From Rhynchopus sp. YZ270_cl-10 (taxonomy: Eukaryota): a stretch of 64,000 nucleotides of DNA. The position numbers and the translations under genes were made by a program. The stretch lies in contig OZ037841.1 in the NCBI GenBank assembly GCA_964035575.1, forward strand, positions 806,001-870,000, read 5' to 3'. Below, piece by piece: positions 41,501 through 50,942 of this stretch (positions within the stretch are counted from its first letter, which is position 1; the number at the start of each line of letters is the position of its first letter). The notes below the pieces were generated by a model, which was given only the letters and a program-made list of their open reading frames with translations, did not search any database and was not told the origin of the DNA.

Positions 41501-43202
41501 TTCCCCTTTCCAACAGCCGAACCGAATTTTTTTTAAACAATATCCCCTTTTAAACTTGATACTCCAAAAGAAAAGAAAAATACTAAAAGGGGGGAGGAGG
41601 GCGGAAAAAAAGGGAAGGATGATATCTGCCTTCCCCCCTTATTTTTCTCTTATTTTTTTTTTTTGGTCTTTGTTTTCTTCTATTTTACAACGCATGGGTG
41701 TCACCATTACATCTCTTTGCAGGTGACATAAACCCTTCACAATAGCCCTGTTGTTTTGTGTACATCAAACTGGTGGTAGAAAGTGAGAGAAACTCCACCT
41801 TGAGTGCACGAACAGCTATTTATTTTCCGGAGAGTCACTTTATCTCTTGAGGGTAACCCTGAGGGAGGGACTAACGTATACCCTACGAGATATAAAGTTT
41901 TTTCTGGAGAAAATCAGACGAATTTTTGATAGTGGAAAAAAGGCTGTTTTTTTTTTGTGTCAGCTAAACCAAAACAGATTATCAATAAGAGAAAGGGTCA
42001 CGGTAAAAAAAAAAAAAAGTTTTTTGTTTTTCCTGGCAGGCCACAGTTCAATTTGTCTCCTAACTGGTCTTGGGTTTTTATCCTTTTTTCTCCTTTTTTG
42101 TTTTTTTTTTGTATTTTTTTTTTTTTTTTTGTTTTGTTTTTCTTTGTTGTAAGTGTGCGTCACCACAAACAGTTATCCACGAATAATACCTACACGGGTT
42201 CCATTGATGTGTCAAAGTGTGGGCCTCGAGCCACCGCTGTTACATCTCCCCCGCACGGACGTGGTAATCTTTCGGGACGTCTCCTTCAGCACTTTCATTT
42301 TTCTTTTTTGGGTTTTTCCCCTGAACACTAGCAGCCCCTAACTCTGGTTCTTTTTTTTTTTTTGTTTTTGTTTTTTTTTTGTTTTTTCTTTTCCATTCTT
42401 TGTTTCTCCTTTTTTTTTTCTTTTTCTTTTTGCTTCACGAATTGTTTGCTGCAAATGAACGTATTTCACAACACAGTTCCCAAATGAGGGACAAAGCCCC
42501 CCCTTTTTGGTTTAAGGTACACTGTCAGAAGGCTTTGTATTTCCCCCCCTTGAAACTATTATTTCTGTGATGTCAGTGGTGTGCTTTTATGAGGACTGTC
42601 TCGTAAATAGTACACGTGAACCGACAGATTCTCAAAAAAAAAGGAAAGAAAAAAAAAATACTAGTTACCCACCAAGGGTACCTAGGTGATTGGTATCACA
42701 GCAACAGTGAAGACCGTCTATACGGCAGCCACACTAATACCAGAGATTATCAAAAGAAAAAGGGGAATCCCCCCTTTTTTTTTTCAATGCCTCTCGGCTA
42801 TATTCACCCACCTGTGACAGAAAAATTGGAAAGTGGAGATTTCACAGCTGTGGTGACACAACCGAGGCTACTACACTACTCCAACACTTTATCGAAAAAG
42901 GAGGGGGAAAAAAAACGTATTCTTATTTTTTTGTGTGCAAAAAGTCGAAGGGCTCTTGTGTCAAGATGGCTAGGTTTTGTTTTCTGCAAAACCACCACTT
43001 TCGTTACACATGTGTTCTTGAGCAGTACATCAATATTTAAAACAGATGTGTGTGCATGAGAGAGGCACATTCATTTGACATTCTTTTCTTTTTTCAATTT
43101 TTTTTTTATTTTTTTTAAATATTCAAGCGAATGGGTACATGATTATGGCAGCGCGATGTATCAGTCCTCCAAATAAACTTGGTGTCCAAATATGAGTATT
43201 TA

Positions 43203-43321
43203 TTGCATGGCCCCGAGGCCGAGTAAGGGCCCCGAGGCCCAGAAAAAGTGCCTCGGCCCCTAACGGGCCGAGGTACTTTTTCTGGGCCGAGGGGCCCTTA
43301 CGAGGCCTCGGGGCCATGCAA
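43203..43321. repeat. 119-bp GC-rich palindrome (57-bp arms, 5-nt loop CTAAC)
   Basis: TTGCATGGCCCCGAGGCC...GGCCTCGGGGCCATGCAA. The arms pair except for two GA/GA mismatches and one G-T. Confidence 0.95.
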
Positions 43322-44397
43322 AACTAGTTTTATGCACCGAGGAAGACTTTTTTTGGCGTTTTAGATAACCACAGATGCTCAAAAGTGCTCAATTTTGGCT
43401 TTAATGGCCTCAAATCGTCAAAATAAGCCCTATAGGCGAAAAAAAAAAAAAAAATTCGAGAGTTTAGTTCAGGGAAGTTCCTAAGTGGGACCGAGAACAT
43501 GAAATTCTGGATTTTAGTTTTTTTTTCCTTTTTTTTTTTCCTTTTTTCCTTTTTTTCCTTAGGGGGCTTTCTTGTGGTTTCTAGTGGGTTTCACTGTAGG
43601 TGACACACCACCAGTGTGGTGAAATGGTCGAAACTCTCAAAAGCAAGAGTTTTCAGGGGGCAAGAAAAAAAAAATTGACAACAAAATCCTGCACCGTCAG
43701 GGCTGTACCCCCAATTTTTTTTTGCCTGCGGCGCCATTTTTCATTTTTTGCTCTACAAAAAAGGGTTCGTTGGATGCTAGATTTTTACACTGTACTCAAA
43801 ATTTTTTGCCTGCGGCGCCATTTATATTATTTTTTGCTCCGCAAAAAGAGAAGTGCAACGCCTCACCGTTCATCGGCGGAAGCACTGGTTCCACGGGTTA
43901 TCGAACCCCAGAGAGCACTTCATTGACATGCACGCGGTTACCGCGAGGGAGCGTGTATACAGGTACAAAATCACTGCCCCATCCAAATAATATTCCCAAC
44001 GTCTTTGGGGGTCCCCTTGCATTTTGCAGCCAAAAATGCAACTAGACCAAAGCTGCAAAAAGTTCCGCGCGAGTGTAGCGCGCCCGGGTTTGGGACCCCT
44101 TTTTGAATTTCGAAGGGCGGTTAAAGTGGGCCCAGAATCACAGTTCTGACACTCATTTAGCATTGTGAGCAACTCACTAGTGGTCGTAACCAAAATTTGT
44201 ATCAATCAAGAACTTGTCCATTTTCTCGAAATGACCCCACTACAGTGAGGGTAGAGCTCGGAAAGCCCGAAAAAGGGCAAAAAACCCCACCCAAAAAAAG
44301 GAAAAAAACGGGAACATAAATCCAGAATTTTGCTGTTTTTCCCGAGAACAAGGAACAACCCTGGTTTAGTTAGTATGGAGGTCACCTTGTACCAAAA

Positions 44398-44470
44398 AAA
44401 CTCCATTTCTCGGCCTAGGCCGAGAAATGGAGTTTGAGGCCGAGAAATAGAGTTTGAGGCCAAAAAATGC
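44398..44470. repeat. Perfect 38-bp palindrome (44398-44435) followed by 20-bp tandem copies of its right arm
   Basis: AAACTCCATTTCTCGGCCT|AGGCCGAGAAATGGAGTTT, then GAGGCCGAGAAATAGAGTTT and a partial GAGGCCAAAAAATG. Confidence 0.9.
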
Positions 44471-45565
44471 TGTCCATACAAGTGCCAGGCCGTCCAAAAA
44501 AGTTTTCCAAGGTGCATAAAGATTGGCAGATTTGGGGTTATTTTACACCCCTTTTTTTTCTTCTTCTTGGACGCCATATTTGGACTATGTTGTGTTCCTC
44601 TTATGTACACCATGTGTTTTCCCCTTTCTTTTTCTTCCCTTTTTTCTTTTCCAAACGACTTATATTCTTCGAAGAAAATCTCAACAACGAGACGAGCATG
44701 TAGTGGGGTCGATTTTGTCATATGCCACCACGCAATATGGTAGGACTACAGCTATTTTGCCTCCACTAGAAGTCGACTAGAAATCCACAAAAGTATACAT
44801 TTTTTTTTTTTGGGCTCTTTTCGGCCACGCCACCCTCATAAAATCTGCTTCTCAAGGATTGAGGACGAACTACCTCTGTACCTTCCTCAGTATAAAAGGG
44901 CTTCGGCCAACATTGAGTTTCAATTTTTCTTTTTCCGCTGAAAAAAAGGCAACAACAGAAAAAGAGTGTATAAATCACCCCCTTTTTTTTGTGTGCGGCA
45001 TGTGTGTTTCCCCCCCATATTTTATTAAACGAAATTAGTCTGGCCCCTTTATTCCAAAAAAAAAAAAATATTAAGGACCCCCCACTGCTTCGTGCCAAGG
45101 AGCAAGAAACAATGCAATTGAAAAAGCAAGCATTTATTCTTGGATTAATCAAGGTGACTGAACATGAGAAGGAGGTTAAGATTCATCTTACAAACATTAG
45201 GAACGTTGAAACATGTGTAGGCGCGTGGAGCATATTCATTGTTTCAATTTTTCTTAGTTTCTTCACAAGCACAAGCAGCAAAATGCCAGGTAGCACACAT
45301 AACACACATACACCCCTACTAGTTATCAAACACACATAGACCCCCCGGGGTAATATTCCACTTCTTCGGAACTACCCACAACTGCTTTCAAACAAACAAA
45401 AAACAAATTGTCCCATGAGGAAATCGCCGTTGGGGGGCAGCAAAGCGACCCATAATGTGATATTTCTCAAAAAAGAATAAAAAATACGACAAACAAGACC
45501 TCGAGTAGCAAACAGCAAAGCAACTTCCACCCTCCTCACATTTTCCTCTCCCTCTAATAATTCTA

Positions 45566-45721
45566 CACGACGGACTACCGTCAGGGGCACTACATAGTGG
45601 AACTCCTAGTCGCAACAACTCGTTGCTAACTCTGCTATAGTGATATAGTAAAACTAGTCGTAAAACTCTAGTCGTTTGGACTAATAGCACTACTAGTAGA
45701 ACCCCTGACTAGTCCGTCGTG
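45566..45721. mobile_element. 156-bp MITE with CAC...GTG termini and a possible 5-bp TSD (Transib-like ends)
   Basis: TIRs CACGACGGACTA(CC)GTCAGGGG / CCCCTGACTAGTCCGTCGTG. Flanks TTCTA and TCCTA differ by 1 base. Confidence 0.7.
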
Positions 45722-45789
45722 TCCTAAACCACCCCTCTGAGTCCCTCAATCCACTCCACAACAGGAAAACCCCCCCCCCATTTATTTAA

Positions 45790-46536
45790 ATGATTATAAG
45801 ATCAGTTTCGAATGCACAGAATTCTGTGTGCCGTGCGCTCACCGTGCAGCGACGTGCACGGCAGAACCCCGCATGGTTGAGCGGCGAGTACAAGGTAGAC
45901 TCAACCGGCCTCCCCGAACAGATGCTTATGCGCAACCAAAACGCGTGGCGGTGGAACGACAACTGGTGGCGTGACAATGAGTCGCATGTTACTGTTATTT
46001 ACAGGAAGTCGCAGATGCGGGAGGGGTTTGCTGGAGAACTTGCAACCCTGCCACGTGAACAGGCAGAACACGCTCTGCAGTCCGGCATCGCCATCCTCCC
46101 CGACGAACGCAACACCCAGGTGGTCGAATGCTGGAACCCCGAGACCGGCGCCTTCGACCGCCCCATCCAACGCACCCCTCAGCTCCTTGGGGAGATTGCC
46201 CGCAAGCGGCAGTGGTGCGACGTCTACTGGCGCATCCACGACGCCTACCTGGAAACATACCGAAACACCTTAGGTTGGAACCACTCACTCGAATGCCCTC
46301 TCTCCAAGAAAGAAATCGCACGCTACCTCTGGCAGCAGGCCCAGGTCCGCATCGACCCTGAATGGGTCACCTTCCGATACACCAACCGGCCTGCAGGTGT
46401 GTCAGACCTCGGACACACCTGGGTATGGATCAACCTCCCAGGTGGCCAAGACATCGCCTCTCCACGTCTCGTCTACAACAACGAAAGGGTGAAACTCAGA
46501 ATCCACAACAAATTCGATATGAAAGCACCGTATTAG
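45790..46536 (+). CDS. Probable mitochondrial ribosomal protein bL9m-like, 248 aa
   Basis: Arg-rich presequence-like N-terminus. VTVIYRKSQMREGFAGELATL resembles the L9 N-domain and LSKKEIARYLWQQAQVRIDP...LGHTWVWINLP resembles the L9 C-domain. Recognised by eye, not by search. Confidence 0.65.
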   Translation: MIIRSVSNAQNSVCRALTVQRRARQNPAWLSGEYKVDSTGLPEQMLMRNQNAWRWNDNWWRDNESHVTVIYRKSQMREGFAGELATLPREQAEHALQSGIAILPDERNTQVVECWNPETGAFDRPIQRTPQLLGEIARKRQWCDVYWRIHDAYLETYRNTLGWNHSLECPLSKKEIARYLWQQAQVRIDPEWVTFRYTNRPAGVSDLGHTWVWINLPGGQDIASPRLVYNNERVKLRIHNKFDMKAPY

Positions 46537-47221
46537 AAAGTGGGGGTGGGGGGTTTTTTTGTATATTTTTATAGAAAAATCGAACGAAATTAATATGCAA
46601 AAAAAAAAGGGTGGGGGCTTGGGATGGGGGGTTTTAGGGGTAGTCTTATTACCATGGTAACAAGCAAATCTATATTGAGAAAAAGAGAAAAAAAAAGACA
46701 TTTTTTCCCCCTTTACAACTCACACATACACAAAACACTCACACCACTCCAGAGAGGTTTGCCCTATACACAACGTACACCATTTTGTTCAACCTCTTCT
46801 AGATTTTTTCCCTTCCTCTTTTCTCTCTCTTTTACTGTCCAGAAATGCGGTGATGTGATCCAAACCACCAAATAACCACTGCTATTCCTTTTAGCGTTTT
46901 TTTTTTTCCCCGTTTTCAACTACATCCCTCAGCTCTGAGTTACCCTTTTTTTTTCTCTTCCCCCCCTCCCCCCCTTAGGTACACTGTCACGAGAGGGCTG
47001 TTGTATTTCAAACTTTCTTTCCTCCCCCATTTTTGTTCTCTCTTATTGCTTTTATCTATTCAAAAAAAAAATTATTTATCAAAAACCCCATTTTTGTTCT
47101 CTCCAAGGTGACGAAGCACGGAAGGCTTAGAATCATCTCTTCAACGTTTATTTTTTTTAAATAGCTAAGTACAGCACACAGGCTTAGGTTCTATCTCATA
47201 CAGTGTACAATACACCGATCA

Positions 47222-48187
47222 ATGTACTCCCCACCCCCCTACCCCGCGGGCTCCCCGCACTCCCCTTACCCTACCCAACACTCCATGCGGTCTATCCCCT
47301 CTGTCGACCCTTCTGCGTTGCTGTCGTCCCCGTATTCACCGCATTCTCCGTACTCTGCGTCCCCTTCACCACGGTATTCTAAGTATCAAGGCTCTCATGG
47401 TTCTATCAGACATGGTGTCAATGTATTACACGATATACGCCGTTTTGCGATACAACGTCGTTACAATAAAGACAATATAACAAACACCAAAGGATGCACC
47501 TTCTGTGAAGGAAGAGATGAATATGCTGTGTATGATATGATGACCGGAGAAACTCTTCTCGCAGTGCATGAAGAAAGTGAATGTTTAACCCGAACGTTAT
47601 GCGCTCCATTTCATGACCATATTTTGCGGATCTCCGATCCACATTCGGGGGATGTGGTTGCAACGTTGTCTCGCCCCTTCAATCTTGGATGCTGCTTTTC
47701 TTGTATGGATTCTTGTATCGATCGTGCTTTCCTTTATCCGGGAGCAGATCAATCAGAGGTTCCTATTGGGGTCATCCAACAGCCCCGCTGTGGAGGATGC
47801 ACACCAGAGTTTGAAGTGATAAGCGGAGGGACGTTACGGTATAACGTGGAGGGTCCTGCGTGTTGTATTGGGGGGTGTTGTGTGCAAGGGTTTGGCATGC
47901 GCAATGTAGGTGGAAAATCGATAGGCCGAATAAGAAAGGTTGCGGCCGAAGGGGCAGTAGAGGAGGTAGGGGGGAAGGGTTCGGTGTGTACAGTGCAGAT
48001 GCGGAAGATGCGCGCTGCGCCTGAAGATATACTGCTATTACTGACCACAGCATTGCTAGTAGACTGCATCTACATGGATGATGGACCAATATCATGCCAA
48101 GGAGCGGGATTATCCCTCTCCTTTGGTACCTGCCATTGGGCTGGATTTGTGCTTCCATGTAGACTCTCCTTGAGTGGAGATCGATAA
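47222..48187 (+). CDS. Phospholipid scramblase family protein, 321 aa
   Basis: Pro/Tyr-rich N-terminus, then CEGRDEY..., EESECLTRTLC, RPFNLGCCFSC, IGVIQQP, VEGPACC, IGRIRK and a C-terminal LLLTTALLVD, as in PLSCR proteins. Confidence 0.85.
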   Translation: MYSPPPYPAGSPHSPYPTQHSMRSIPSVDPSALLSSPYSPHSPYSASPSPRYSKYQGSHGSIRHGVNVLHDIRRFAIQRRYNKDNITNTKGCTFCEGRDEYAVYDMMTGETLLAVHEESECLTRTLCAPFHDHILRISDPHSGDVVATLSRPFNLGCCFSCMDSCIDRAFLYPGADQSEVPIGVIQQPRCGGCTPEFEVISGGTLRYNVEGPACCIGGCCVQGFGMRNVGGKSIGRIRKVAAEGAVEEVGGKGSVCTVQMRKMRAAPEDILLLLTTALLVDCIYMDDGPISCQGAGLSLSFGTCHWAGFVLPCRLSLSGDR

Positions 48188-48441
48188 AAAAAGGATAGGG
48201 TGTGGACCTAGGGTTGAGCGGGGGGGAGAGAGAGCCTGCAAAAGAGGAGAACTGTTGTGGAAAAATTAGAAAAAAAAAAAAATAGAATCTAAAGAAAATA
48301 GAAAAATGGAGGGAAAAAATGGCATTTTTTATTATTTTTTATTATTTTTGTTCTTTATTATTTAATGTTGTTTCACTTTTGAGCAGGAATAAGACAAAAT
48401 CCACACAGTGCGTGGGGGAGTAACCAGCATAACACAACAAA

Positions 48442-49511
48442 ATGACGACAACAGCCTACCCTAAGGAGCACCCGCGGAACCTCATCCCGGAGCTGTGCAG
48501 ACTGGTATGCATGGCCATCGATATGACACATGAAATTTGAAGCTCAAAATATACATGAAATTCGCAATTTTCTCTCTCTCTCTCTCTTTAGAGAAGACAT
48601 ACCCCCTTGTGAGGTGCCCTCTCAACTTTTCCGAACAACAAAGGAGGGATGAAAAACTAAGGTAGGGTTTATTTTTTTGGGATTTCACAAACCTCAGACA
48701 TTTTTTTTACCCCTCATGATTATTGTATGATTTTCCTGGAGTGCATTGGTTGATTTGAACATTCTCCTTCTCCTTCTTACCCTTTGCACTCACACCACTA
48801 ATACAATTATATTTTTTAGAGATAACCCACACATATCACTCACACCATCCACAGTTCTACGCCAACGGCTGGGCCACTGGTACTGGAGGAGGAATCAGTG
48901 TGAAGCTTGACAACAAAATCTACATCGCACCAAGCGGTGTGCAGAAGGAGCGCATCCACCCCGACGACCTCTTCGTGCTCGACAACGAAGGCACCGTCAT
49001 CACCACCCCCGAACGCCCCCTCAAGATGAGCGAATGCACACCCCTCTTCATGAACGCCTTCACCGACCGCGATGCAGGCGCAGTCATGCACTCTCACGCA
49101 GCGGAAGCCGTCATGGTGACGATGCTGTGGGGGAAGGAGTTCCGTTGCACACACCTTGAGATGCTTAAGGGAATTCGCGTCGGGGGCAGCACGGATGCGT
49201 TGAACTATTACGACGACCTGGTGGTACCGATCATTGAGAACACACCGCGCGAGGCACAGCTGAAGGAGCGCATGGCAGAGGCCATGAAGGCCTACCCTGA
49301 CACAAACGCCGTTCTCGTCCGTCGCCACGGAGTCTACATCTGGGGGCCCACCTGGGAAAAGGCTAAGGCAATGAGCGAGTGCTACCACTACCTGTTCACG
49401 ATCTGTCTTGAAATGAAGAAGCACGGCATCAACCCTGAAGAGGTTCCGGAAAACTCTGACTACAAAGCGGACCGGGAGAAGAGCATGGCAAAGAGACGGA
49501 GGATCGAATAA
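48442..49511 (+). CDS. mtnB: Methylthioribulose-1-phosphate dehydratase (MtnB/APIP/Mde1), 239 aa; exons 48442-48504 and 48855-49511
   Basis: The spliced product reads [38 protein letters not shown]...[11 protein letters not shown]...SECTPLF...GAVMHSH...[11 protein letters not shown]. Confidence 0.95.
48505..48854 (+). other. Spliceosomal intron of mtnB (350 bp, phase 0)
   Basis: GTATGC...CCACAG. Removal restores the conserved IPELC-xx-FY motif in frame. Confidence 0.93.
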
Positions 49512-49781
49512 GAGGTGGGGCTTCGTTGGGAGTTGGGAGGAGAGATAACAAACAAAAAAACGACCCCAGGAGCGCCTGGGGGAAACTGGGGTTGCTGACC
49601 CGCACCAGTTTTTTATCAAATATTAAATTCTCACATCTTCATAAAGCGTATCTTTACGCATATGATAGCGATTGTGATCAAGGTGACTAAGAGCTTAGGT
49701 TTCTTACAAAACCCTCTTTTTTTTAGTGGCTAATCCGAGGTGTTTGTGCTCTCAACTGCACATTTTTTTTAGATGTTTACC

Positions 49782-50566
49782 CAGGGCGTTCGCTATCGCC
49801 ATCGTTTTTTCCTGATCGTGGCGAAATGCCAAAAAACCCGAAATTTTTGCTTTTTTACTAGTGCTTAAAATAGGTCAAAAAAATTTTTTCGCCGGAGAGA
49901 AGCTAGTTCGTGGGGGTGAATCCCTGGTACTGAGTGGTCAAAAAAAATTTGCAATTTGCGCGTGATCCCTTCCCCTGCACAAGTGCTATTACAGCTGAAC
50001 TTTCCTGATACTAAAACCAGCAAAACGATGGAGAATTTCATCGATCCCCCCTCACCGAGGGTCTCTTTGTGCTGTTTAATCAAACAGATGTACAAGAGAG
50101 AGGCATCTGTCATATGAGACTTCATCCTTAGTTTGATTATTTTCAATAAACTAAAACGTCTCTCTGCCTCCACCGAGGTTGAAGATAGAGTTGACACGAG
50201 TAGTGACACCTTCTATAACAGGGCAGCGGTACACCTTCAGCTGACTGCAGGATTGAGGAGCGAGCGGGAGTGCTGGGGAAACTTCCTTTCACGGCAGGCG
50301 GGTTTGCGGATGATTTTGAGTACAGTGGACACCCCTTCTGCGACCCCCCCTCCGGCCCTCCCAGGCTCCGGGGGGGTCTACAGGGTGGTGAGGAGAAATC
50401 TCTCTCTCTTTTTTTTTACCCCCCTTTTTTTATTTTTTTATTTATTTATTTATACAGGGTTTCGCCCCGGTGGGGCGAAGCCCTGGGGCGAAATAAAATG
50501 TCATTTTTTCAGGAAAAAATTTTTTTAACGAAAAAAAATATTTTTCGCCCCGGGGCGAACGCCCTG
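49782..50566 (-). mobile_element. Non-autonomous hAT DNA transposon, 785 bp
   Basis: Perfect 12-bp TIR CAGGGCGTTCGC/GCGAACGCCCTG. Perfect 8-bp TSD TGTTTACC at 49774-49781 and 50567-50574. The internal - strand peptide STSVEAERRFSLLKIIKLRMKSHMTD resembles the hAT C-terminal dimerisation region. Confidence 0.92.
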
Positions 50567-50942
50567 TGTTTACCTCAAAATGGATTAGAGGGAAACATGG
50601 TTCGGGTGTTCTGGTTGTGAGCCAAGGTAGGTGGTTCAATTTTTTTTCTTCTTTTTTCTTTTTTTCACAGCAAGGTAGAGTGTGTCTCACTCTACCCATC
50701 ACGTTCCCTCGCCTGACCGTTATCAGGTTTTCAAAAAAAAAAGTTTAAACCCTTCCCTTCCCATTGTGGTATTTATGGCTCTGTTCCGTTTCCTTTCCCT
50801 CTGATGACTGGTGTGGTGAAGGTCGTATACTACACCGTAAACACTTGTGCTCCGATCACACAATGCCATCTCCAATCAATAAAACAACAAAAAATCAACA
50901 GAAAACAAGCAGGAGAAAATAAAAAGAAAAATCACAGCAACA

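Noticed and set aside
35857..45789. Many short ORFs in the 10-kb gap
   Set aside because: They are Phe/Lys-rich translations of poly-T/poly-A tracts with no recognisable domains, apart from the weak transposase remnant.
48840..49619. Long antisense ORFs over mtnB and the other genes
   Set aside because: They are shadows of GC-rich sense CDSs with no motifs of their own.
50085..50112. B-like hairpin CAGATG-TACAAGAGAGAGG-CATCTG
   Set aside because: It lies within the hAT coding remnant without breaking the frame. Likely coincidental, so not counted.
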